Source: Mycobacteriales bacterium (GTDB taxonomy: Bacteria; Actinomycetota; Actinomycetes; Mycobacteriales; CADCTP01). Taken from it: a stretch of DNA of 64,000 bases. Shown here piece after piece: positions 56,777 through 64,000 of the stretch. How positions within the stretch are numbered: position 1 is the stretch's first letter; every line of letters starts with the position of its first letter. Location of the stretch: the NCBI GenBank assembly GCA_036558285.1, contig DATBFW010000133.1, positions 102 to 64,101 on the forward strand, in the 5' to 3' direction. The notes beneath the pieces were generated by a model. The model saw only the letters and a program-made list of their open reading frames with translations, ran no database searches and was not told the DNA's origin. Both the position numbers and the translations under genes were made by a program.

Positions 56777-56822
56777 CCGAGGACGATAACTGGTACGCGG
56801 TCGCGTAGCTTATAGTACGAGA

Positions 56823-57832
56823 GTGCGTACCTTCTGGTTGGCCTTCGTCCCGCTCGCCGGCACGGTCGGCACGCTCGTCGTGCTGGACGCCGTCGGCATC
56901 GGCGAGGCGTCGCTGGTCGTCCTCGGCGCGGCCCTCTGCCTGCGCATGCCGTCGAGTCCGGCGAGGACCCGACCCGAGCGCTGGCCGCCGCCGGGGCCGC
57001 CGTCGCCGCCCTGCCGCCGCATCCGCCGGTCGAGGTCACGCCCGACCCCGACAGCGAGCGGTCCGCCGCCGTCCGGGCCACGGTCCGCACCCGGCTGGCG
57101 ATGCAGAGCACCGCCGCGCTGGCGCTCGCGTTCACGGTCGGGCAGCTGGCGTTCGGCCGGCACTGGCCGTGGGTGGTGATCACCGTGCTCGCGGTGAGCC
57201 TCCGGGCGACGTCCCGCGGCGAGGTCGCCGTCAGCACGGCCGAGCGGCTCGCCGGCGCCCTGGCCGGGACGGTGGTGGCGACCGCGGCGGCCAGGCTGGC
57301 GACGCCAGCCCCGGTGCCGGCCACCCTGCTCATCCTCGCTGCGCTCGGCGCCGGGATGGCCTTGCGCCCGTACGGCTACGCCTGGTGGGCGGCGGCGATG
57401 ACCGCCTCGCTGAGCCTGCTCTACGGGTTGCTCGGCGAGCCGGCCGGCGCGTCGGTGCTGGGCGAGCGGCTGCTGGCGATCCTCGTCGGCGGTGCCTGCG
57501 CGGTGCTGCCGGCCGCGCTGCTGGCGCCGGTCCGTACCAGGACCGCGGTCCGCCGTCGCATCGGCGCGGCGCTGCGCTCGGTCGGGGCCGCGCTGCGGGC
57601 CGGCCCGACTGTCGAGGCCACCCGGGACGCCGACCGCGCGCTCGCCCAGCTCCGGCTGCGGTCCCGGCCGCTGCGGCTGCTGCGCCGCTCCAGCGCCGAG
57701 GCCGGCTGGGCCCGCACCCTGCTCGACTCGGCCCCGGCCCTGCACGCCGCCCTGCTCGACCCGGACGCCGGCAGCCGGGCTCGGCTGGGCGCCACGGTCA
57801 GGGCGGTCAGGGCGGGCATTGAGCCGGGCTGA
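56823..57832 (+). pseudogene. FUSC / aromatic-acid-exporter family membrane protein gene with apparent -1 frameshift near 56945
   Basis: Frame 0 from GTG 56823 (MRTFWLAFVPLAGTVGTLVVLDAVGIGEASLVVLGAALCL) loses coding character at about 56945. Frame 2 takes over (…HAVESGEDPTRAL…RLAMQSTAALALAFTVGQLAFGRHWPWVVITVL…) to 57832. Both parts have near-total GC3. Confidence 0.6.
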
Positions 57833-57853
57833 CCGGCACGGAATGCTGAGCGA

Positions 57854-58648
57854 ATGGGGCGACGACTGGACGTGCTCGACCTGAGCCTTCGGCTGAGCCG
57901 GGCGCAGGAGGCCGAGCGGCTGGCCGCGGCACAGACCCGGCTGACCTGGTTGCGGCTCTCGCTCGGCGGCCAGGTCGGCACGGCACCGCGACTCGGCCCG
58001 CCGCTGTGCGTGGTCTTCGAGGGCTGGGACGCGTCCGGCAAGGGCGGCTGCATCCGCCGGTTGGTCGCCCCGCTCGACCCGCGGCACGTCCGGGTCGCCT
58101 CCTTCGCCGCCCCCACGTACGACGAGAAGCGGCACCACTTCCTCTGGCGGTTCTGGCCGCAGCTGCCCGGCTGGGGCGGCATGGCCGTGCTCGACCGGTC
58201 CTGGTACGGCCGGGTGCTGGTCGAGCGGGTCGAGGGCTTCGCGACCGAGGACCAGTGGCGCCGGGCCTACCAGGAGATCTGCGAGTTCGAGCGGACGCTC
58301 GTCGACGACGGGATGATCCTGGTCAAGTTCTGGCTGCACCTGTCCGAACAGGAGCAGCTGCGCCGGTTCCAGCGGCGGCAGCACGACCCGCTCAAGCGGT
58401 GGAAGCTCACCGACGAGGACTGGCGCAACCGCGACAAGCGCCCCGCCTACGAGGACGCGGTCGAGGACGTGCTCGACCGCACCGACACGCCGTACGCGCC
58501 GTGGTCGCTGGTCGAGGCGGACAGCAAGCGGTGGGCCAGGGTGAAGGTGGTGGAGACCGTGATCGAAGCCGTCGAGGAGGGGATGCGCAGCCGCGGGCTC
58601 GAGGTGCCGCCGCCACCCGCAGCGCTCGTGCCGAAGTTGCACGTCTGA
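57854..58648 (+). CDS. polyphosphate kinase 2 (PPK2) family protein
   Basis: 264-aa ORF. VVFEGWDASGKGG Walker A, FLWRFWPQLPGWG, DRSWYGRVLVERV, lid region WKLTDEDWRNRDK. Confidence 0.9.
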   Translation: MGRRLDVLDLSLRLSRAQEAERLAAAQTRLTWLRLSLGGQVGTAPRLGPPLCVVFEGWDASGKGGCIRRLVAPLDPRHVRVASFAAPTYDEKRHHFLWRFWPQLPGWGGMAVLDRSWYGRVLVERVEGFATEDQWRRAYQEICEFERTLVDDGMILVKFWLHLSEQEQLRRFQRRQHDPLKRWKLTDEDWRNRDKRPAYEDAVEDVLDRTDTPYAPWSLVEADSKRWARVKVVETVIEAVEEGMRSRGLEVPPPPAALVPKLHV

Positions 58649-58662
58649 CGCAGGAAGCCGGG

Positions 58663-59919
58663 ATGAGCCAGGGGGACCGTAGTCTTGGTGCCGTGAGCGA
58701 GCAGTGGGTGCCGGTCGCCGAGTCGGCCGAGATCACGACCGTGCCCCGGCCGGTCGAGGTCGCCGGCCGGGCCTTCGTCGCGGTGCGGCTGGCCGACGAC
58801 GCGCCGGCAAGCCTGGTCGCCCAGCTCTGCCCGCACCGGCTGGTCCCGCTGTCGGCGGCGAGCGTGACCGGCGGCCGGCTGCGCTGCGCCTACCACGGCT
58901 GGGAGTTCGACGCGACCGGGACGTGCGTGCAGCTGCCCTCGCTCGGCGAGCAGGCGAACATCCCGCCGCGGGCGCATCTGGCCTCGGCGCCGCGGGCCAA
59001 GGAACAGGACGGCCGGCTCTGGGCCTGCGTGAGCGACCTGCCGGAGACCGCCGCCGAGGCCGACGGGCTGCGCAACACCGACCCGCGGCTGCGCGGCGCC
59101 TGGCACCCGGCCGCGCTGTCCGACGAGGTCGGCGCCGAGCCGTACGAGGCGATGGTGATCGGCCTGCCGTACCTGCTGCGCCGCACCGGCGAGGGCCTCG
59201 TCGCGACGCCGGAACCGGCCGGCCTGACCGAGCGGTGGGGCATGGTCTGGCTCGCCCCGGAACCGCCGCGGACCGAGCTGTTCGACGACCCGGACGCCGA
59301 GGACGCCGGCTACGTCGGGGCTTGGCTGCCGCCGTCCCGCACCGAGGTGAACGCCGGCTTCGTGGCCGACAACTTCCTCGACGTCGCCCACTTCCCGTTC
59401 GTCCACATCGGAACGTTCGGCGCCGAGGCGGACAAGGTGGTCGAGCCGGCCGAGGTGCAGCACGAGCCCGACGGGTTCCGCAGCGAGCAGGTGCAGTGGT
59501 TCGACAACCCTGCGGACCCCGGGGTCGAGGCCGGCATCCGCCCGGTTCGCCAGCGCCGCCGGGCCACGTACGTCTACCGCGCGCCGTTCCAGCTGCTGCT
59601 GCGGCTGGAGGAGCTCGACGCCGGGTCGGTGAAGACGATCCTGTTCCTGGCGTTGCCGGAGACCGACACGAGCACCCGCATCTATACGAAGATGCTGCTG
59701 CACAACATCGGCGGCGAGCTGCGGCCCGGGCCGGAGACCGTCGCCCGCGAGGTGGCGTTCGAGGAGGCGGTGCTGGCCGAGGACCTGGCCCTGCAGGCGG
59801 TCGTGACGATCCCGGGACTGCCCCTGGACATGCGCACCGAGCTGCACGTGCGGGCCGACCGCCTCGGCGTGGCGCTGCGCCGCGAGCTCACCCGCTTCCT
59901 CGAATCCGCCGCTGGGTAG
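58663..59919 (+). CDS. Rieske [2Fe-2S] domain aromatic-ring-hydroxylating / PaO-type oxygenase
   Basis: ATG 58663 in ORF 58006..59919. CPHRLVPL...CAYHGWEF Rieske motif. Catalytic-domain NFLDVAHFPFVH. Confidence 0.85.
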   Translation: MSQGDRSLGAVSEQWVPVAESAEITTVPRPVEVAGRAFVAVRLADDAPASLVAQLCPHRLVPLSAASVTGGRLRCAYHGWEFDATGTCVQLPSLGEQANIPPRAHLASAPRAKEQDGRLWACVSDLPETAAEADGLRNTDPRLRGAWHPAALSDEVGAEPYEAMVIGLPYLLRRTGEGLVATPEPAGLTERWGMVWLAPEPPRTELFDDPDAEDAGYVGAWLPPSRTEVNAGFVADNFLDVAHFPFVHIGTFGAEADKVVEPAEVQHEPDGFRSEQVQWFDNPADPGVEAGIRPVRQRRRATYVYRAPFQLLLRLEELDAGSVKTILFLALPETDTSTRIYTKMLLHNIGGELRPGPETVAREVAFEEAVLAEDLALQAVVTIPGLPLDMRTELHVRADRLGVALRRELTRFLESAAG

Positions 59920-59948
59920 TGGTGCCGTAGCCGGCTCGGGAGGTCGCC

Positions 59949-61427
59949 ATGGGCAAGGACGTCGCCGCCACGCAGTTCAGCCGGGAAGACCGCACCCGCT
60001 ACCGGCAGAAGGTCCGCAGCTGCCTCGACGTCTTCGAGCGGATGCTGGCCCAGTCGCAGTTCGACTTCGAGCGGCCGCTGACCGGAGTGGAGATCGAGCT
60101 CAACCTGGTCGACGAGACCGGCGACCCGGCGCTGCGCAACGCCGCGGTGCTCGACGCGGTCAGCCACGCCGACTTCCAGACCGAGCTCGGCCAGTTCAAC
60201 GTCGAGATCAACGTGCAGCCGCGGCTGCTGTCCGGCGAGTCGGCGACCGAGCTGGAGCAGAGCATCCGGGACACCCTCAACCACGCCGAGGGCAAGGCCA
60301 ACACCACCGGCAGCCACATGGTGATGGTCGGCATCCTGCCCACACTCACCGAGCGGGAGCTGCACGGCGACAGCCTGTCCGCCAACCCGCGGTACGCGCT
60401 GCTGAACGAGCAGATCTTCGCCGCCCGCGGGGAAGACCTGGAGATCGCCATCGACGGCGTGCAGCGGCTGGCCACCACCGCGGACACGATCGCGCCCGAG
60501 GCGGCGTGCACCAGCGTGCAGTTCCACCTGCAGGTCAGCCCGACCGCGTTCCCCCGGTACTGGAACGCGGCCCAGGCGATCGCCGGCGTCCAGGTCGCGC
60601 TCGGCGCGAACTCACCGTTCTTCCTCGGCAAGGAGCTGTGGCGGGAAACCCGGATCCCGCTGTTCGAGCAGGCGACCGACACCCGTAGCGCCGAGCTGGA
60701 GGCCCAGGGCGTACGGCCGAGGGTCTGGTTCGGGGAGCGTTGGATCAACTCGATCTTCGACCTGTTCGAGGAGAACGTGCGCTACTTCCCGGCGCTGCTG
60801 CCGCTGTGCGAGCCGGAGGACCCGGTGGCGGTCTTCGAGGCCGGCGACGTCCCGCACCTGCCCGAGCTGACCCTGCACAACGGCACGATCTACCGCTGGA
60901 ACCGGCCGGTCTACGCGGTGGTCCGGGGCAAGCCGCACCTTCGGGTGGAGAACCGGGTGCTGCCGGCCGGACCGACGGTGGCCGACGTCATGGCCAACGG
61001 TGCCTTCTACTACGGCATCGTGCGGGCGCTCGCCGAGGACGACCGTCCACTGTGGAGCCGGATGTCGTTCGCCGCGGCCGAGGAGAACTTCCACTCCTGC
61101 GCCCGGTACGGCCTGGAGGCCGAGGTCTACTGGCCCGGGGCCGGCCAGGTGCCGGTCGCCGAGCTGGTGCTGCGCCGGCTGCTGCCGCTGGCGGCCGACG
61201 GCCTCGACCGGTGGGAGGTCGCTCCCGCCGTGCGGGACCGGCTGCTCGGCATCATCGAGCAGCGCTGCCTGACCGGCCGCAACGGCGCCGCCTGGCAGGC
61301 GGCGACCTTCCACCGGCTCTACGACTCCACCAGCCTGGACCGGCACGACGTGCTCCGCCGGATGACCAAGGAGTACATCGAGAAGATGCACAGCAACGAG
61401 CCGGTGCACGCCTGGCCGGTCGGCTAG
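59949..61427 (+). CDS. glutamate--cysteine ligase family 2 (GCS2, carboxylate-amine ligase) protein
   Basis: 492-aa ORF. LTGVEIELNLVD, SVQFHLQV, HNGTIYRWNRP, LRVENRVLPAGPT. Confidence 0.8.
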   Translation: MGKDVAATQFSREDRTRYRQKVRSCLDVFERMLAQSQFDFERPLTGVEIELNLVDETGDPALRNAAVLDAVSHADFQTELGQFNVEINVQPRLLSGESATELEQSIRDTLNHAEGKANTTGSHMVMVGILPTLTERELHGDSLSANPRYALLNEQIFAARGEDLEIAIDGVQRLATTADTIAPEAACTSVQFHLQVSPTAFPRYWNAAQAIAGVQVALGANSPFFLGKELWRETRIPLFEQATDTRSAELEAQGVRPRVWFGERWINSIFDLFEENVRYFPALLPLCEPEDPVAVFEAGDVPHLPELTLHNGTIYRWNRPVYAVVRGKPHLRVENRVLPAGPTVADVMANGAFYYGIVRALAEDDRPLWSRMSFAAAEENFHSCARYGLEAEVYWPGAGQVPVAELVLRRLLPLAADGLDRWEVAPAVRDRLLGIIEQRCLTGRNGAAWQAATFHRLYDSTSLDRHDVLRRMTKEYIEKMHSNEPVHAWPVG

Positions 61428-61433
61428 TCGCGG

Positions 61434-62945
61434 CTAGCCGTCGTACCGTGGCCCGAGACCGGGCTGCGGGTAAGCCGCCGCCTGTTGTTCCGGATCACCG
61501 CTGCCGAGCAGAACCCTGGTCATCGCATTGCGGGTGTCCAGCAGCTCGTCCAACGCCTCGTCCAGGTCGTCGGCGCTCACCGCCAGCGGCCCGGGCGGCT
61601 CCCGCTCCGCGGCCAGCGTCGCGGCCCGCCGCAGCAGCTCCTTGAGGAACGATGCGGTCACCCCGCTGGCCCGCTCCAGCACGTCGTCCAGCCGGCTCGT
61701 GTCGACGGGCAGCGCGCCGCGGTAGAGCTCGAACAGCGCACGCCGCGCCGCCAGGTCCGGCAACGTCAGCTCGACGGCCTGGTCGATCCGGCCCGGCCGG
61801 GACGCCAGCGCCGGCTCCAGCAGGTCGGCGCGGTTGGTCGTCAGCACGAACACGACGTCGGCGTCCTCGGCCAGCCCGTCCATCTCGTTGAGCAGCTGGA
61901 ACAGCAGCGGGTGCTCGCCGGGGTGCATGCCCCGGTCCGCGGCGATGAGGTCGACGTCCTCGATCACGACCATCGCCGGCTGCAGCGATCGGGCCACCGA
62001 GCAGCCCTCGGCCACCAGGTGCAGCGCGTCCCCGGTCAGCTCGACCACAGTCGTCCCGGTGAGGCTGGCGACGAGGTGACGCACGGTGTGCGTCTTGCCG
62101 ACCCCGGGCGGACCGTAGAGCAACAGACCACGCTTGAGGTGCTGGCCGGCGGCGAGCAGCCGGTCCTTGTGCCGGGCCACGTCGACCACCTGCCGCCGGA
62201 TGGCCGCCAGCGTCATGGCCGGCAGAACCAGCCGGTCTTCTCCCAGCACCGGCCGGCGGTGGAAGCGCAGCAGCGACCCGCCGTGCCCGAAGAGGTCCGC
62301 GCCGAAGGACAGCACCTGGCCGCGGAACACGTTGTGCAGCAGAGCGAGCCGGCGCAACTCCGCCCCGACCGCCGCCCCGTACGTCGGGTCGGTGCTCGCG
62401 ATCTGCACGCTCAGCGACGGCTGCCCCATCGTCGGATCGGCCGCGCGGACCAGCAGCGCGGTACGGCGGGCACCCTCGGTCACGAGCACCACCGCGCACT
62501 GCAGGCACTCGACGACCTCGCCGTCCGGACCAGCCGGCTGGGCTGTGCGGGCCAGGTTGCCCGGCCGCGGGCCCCAGGTGTCGGGCGTATCGGACATCAG
62601 GTCGGCCAGCCCGAACTCGCGGTGCTGGAAGCCGATCACGCCGATCACCCGGCAGTCCCGCTCACCCAGCCAGGCGTCGAGTGCCACCTGCACGTTGACG
62701 TGCTCGTATGCGGGCCAGGTCGCGGCGACGACCGGCAGCGCATCGGCGTGCTCGCCGAGGTGCTGCCAGAGCAGGTCGGCGAGGGTCTCCTTCTGCTCCT
62801 CTCGAGCCAGCCCGACCAGCCTTCGGCGGACCCGCCGCAGGAGCCGGCCGGCGTCAGCGACCTCGAGCGGCCGGTCGTCCCCGCGCGGCGACCGTTCGAG
62901 GATCCCGACCGACCGCCTGCTCCTGCGTTGCGCCATGGCGGTCAT
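61434..62945 (-). CDS. AAA+ family ATPase with uncharacterised ~250-aa N-terminal domain
   Basis: ATG 62945 (or 62936) in ORF 61434..63074. Walker A LLLYGPPGVGKTH, Walker B AMVVIEDVDLI, sensor/arginine-finger region VLTTNRADLLEPALASRPGRID. Confidence 0.85.
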   Translation of the reverse strand: MTAMAQRRSRRSVGILERSPRGDDRPLEVADAGRLLRRVRRRLVGLAREEQKETLADLLWQHLGEHADALPVVAATWPAYEHVNVQVALDAWLGERDCRVIGVIGFQHREFGLADLMSDTPDTWGPRPGNLARTAQPAGPDGEVVECLQCAVVLVTEGARRTALLVRAADPTMGQPSLSVQIASTDPTYGAAVGAELRRLALLHNVFRGQVLSFGADLFGHGGSLLRFHRRPVLGEDRLVLPAMTLAAIRRQVVDVARHKDRLLAAGQHLKRGLLLYGPPGVGKTHTVRHLVASLTGTTVVELTGDALHLVAEGCSVARSLQPAMVVIEDVDLIAADRGMHPGEHPLLFQLLNEMDGLAEDADVVFVLTTNRADLLEPALASRPGRIDQAVELTLPDLAARRALFELYRGALPVDTSRLDDVLERASGVTASFLKELLRRAATLAAEREPPGPLAVSADDLDEALDELLDTRNAMTRVLLGSGDPEQQAAAYPQPGLGPRYDG

Positions 62946-63099
62946 CGTGCCGGATCCCGACTGGCGCGGCGCGGGCTCCTTCGTCCGGTTATCGGCGCTG
63001 GAGCACGAAGCCGACGCCGAGCGTCCACCGTCCCCGGCGAGGCCGGGCGTCACCACCTCGCTTCGTTTCACCAACGCCCGGCCACTGCCAGGTCGAACC

Positions 63100-64000
63100 T
63101 CAGGGCAGCAGGGCCACCCGCATGCGGGTCTCGTGGCCGATGTGTGCCGTGTCGCTGCCGACCCACAGCCCGCGCGCGGTGACCAGCAGGTCCTTGCCGC
63201 CGACGCCGCGGTCCTTGGTCGGGTTCCAGGACAGCGCCAGCCCGCTGGTCGGGTCGATGGCGCCGATGCCCGGCCGGCTGACCGCGCCCGGACCGGCGCT
63301 GTCCCGGCCTTGCGGGTTGTTCAGCCAGCGCTGGTGCCCCTGCACGTACACGGCCAGGTCGGTGACCGCGACCGAGTGCAGCGTGTCGCCGCCGGTGTAG
63401 TTGATCCAGGTCGGCCGGGTCGGCGCCAGGTTGGCGGTCTCGAACCGGGTCGCGGCGTCACAGAGCGCGATGCCGACCTGGCCGCTCTGCGGCACGAACC
63501 CGGTCGACACGGTCACGAAGTAGGAGCCGTCGGGGGAGAAGTCGACGTCGCGCATGTAGTCCGGCAGCGAGGCGGCCGCGCACATCTGACCGGTCGGCGC
63601 GTAGTGCCAGGAGCTCACCGTGGCCGACGCCGCGCCGAGGTCGAGCATGAACACCCGGGGGTGCGAGGCGCCGCCGACCGTGGTGAAGTTGCCGACCCCG
63701 ACCAGCTTGGTGCCGGCCGGGTTGACCGCGAACCGGTATACCTCGACCGGGCCGGCGTTGGACGCGACCGAGCCGGTCACCGGCACCGTGATGTAGCCGG
63801 TGTCAGCGCCGGTGGTGAGGTTGAGCGCGGCGATCTTCTTGCCGAAGATGCCGGACACGATCAGCCGGCCGCCGACGATGGCGGCCTCGCTGACGTTGTT
63901 GGTGAGCTTCGCGTTGAAGGTCGGGTCGACCGCGCCGGTGGTCGCGTCGATCTTCACCAGCGCCCGCCGGGCGACGCCGTTGACCGTGCTGAAGTTGCCG
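63100..64000 (-). CDS. secreted beta-propeller-like hypothetical protein, N-terminus beyond right window edge
   Basis: The frame is open to the window end (…GNFSTVNGVARRALVKIDATTGAVDPTFNAKL…). It shows a repeated pattern typical of propeller blades and high GC3. Confidence 0.6.
   Translation of the reverse strand, partial: GNFSTVNGVARRALVKIDATTGAVDPTFNAKLTNNVSEAAIVGGRLIVSGIFGKKIAALNLTTGADTGYITVPVTGSVASNAGPVEVYRFAVNPAGTKLVGVGNFTTVGGASHPRVFMLDLGAASATVSSWHYAPTGQMCAAASLPDYMRDVDFSPDGSYFVTVSTGFVPQSGQVGIALCDAATRFETANLAPTRPTWINYTGGDTLHSVAVTDLAVYVQGHQRWLNNPQGRDSAGPGAVSRPGIGAIDPTSGLALSWNPTKDRGVGGKDLLVTARGLWVGSDTAHIGHETRMRVALLP

Noticed and set aside
62946-63074. Longer start (63074) for the AAA+ ATPase.
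   Set aside because: The extra 43 residues (MVKRSEVVTPGLAGDGGRSASASCSSADNRTKEPAPRQSGSGT) look like translated intergenic sequence. I preferred ATG 62945/62936, but the start remains uncertain.

Overview
A high-G+C (by eye roughly 70-75 %) actinobacterial-type chromosomal segment with about 60 protein-coding genes on both strands. I recognised no rRNA, tRNA, CRISPR array, transposase or integrase. Most long six-frame ORFs are high-GC shadow ORFs. I called genes from motifs I recognise, from G/C bias at codon position 3, from ribosome-binding sites and from stop/start overlaps; no database search was possible. Starts are often uncertain by a few codons, and coordinates of non-coding features may be off by about 2 nt.

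Content:
- Oxidoreductase / class IV aminotransferase / sulfotransferase operon.
- SDR translationally coupled to a 931-aa membrane protein.
- Two large LAL/MalT-type LuxR regulators.
- GH63-like and GH13 hydrolases.
- MFS transporter and a MOSC-FNR-ferredoxin fusion.
- DAG-kinase / PAP2 pair.
- PIG-L / GT4 / PAP2 / flippase-like envelope cluster.
- OmpR-type two-component system.
- Glycine-betaine-type ABC transporter.
- PPK2 / Rieske / GCS2 genes and an AAA+ ATPase.

The most unusual stretch is 25.1-29.7 kb. It is a lower-G+C block where an HTH-TPR regulator, a thymidylate-kinase-like kinase and a GT2 face a small TM protein co-translated with a PNP/MTAN-fold nucleosidase-like protein. That fold is known as an immune effector, and this is my best candidate for an undescribed conflict or nucleoside-directed system.

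Other points:
- A decaying VOC-YciI-ECF sigma operon, with a microhomology-flanked internal deletion in the sigma gene.
- Two further apparent frameshifts, in a secreted protein and in a FUSC exporter.
- A 12-nt x11 VNTR that builds the signal-peptide n-region of a lipoprotein after the sensor kinase.
- 29-nt x4 and 56-nt x2 tandem hairpin repeats in convergent intergenic regions.
- A 214-bp convergent gene overlap.
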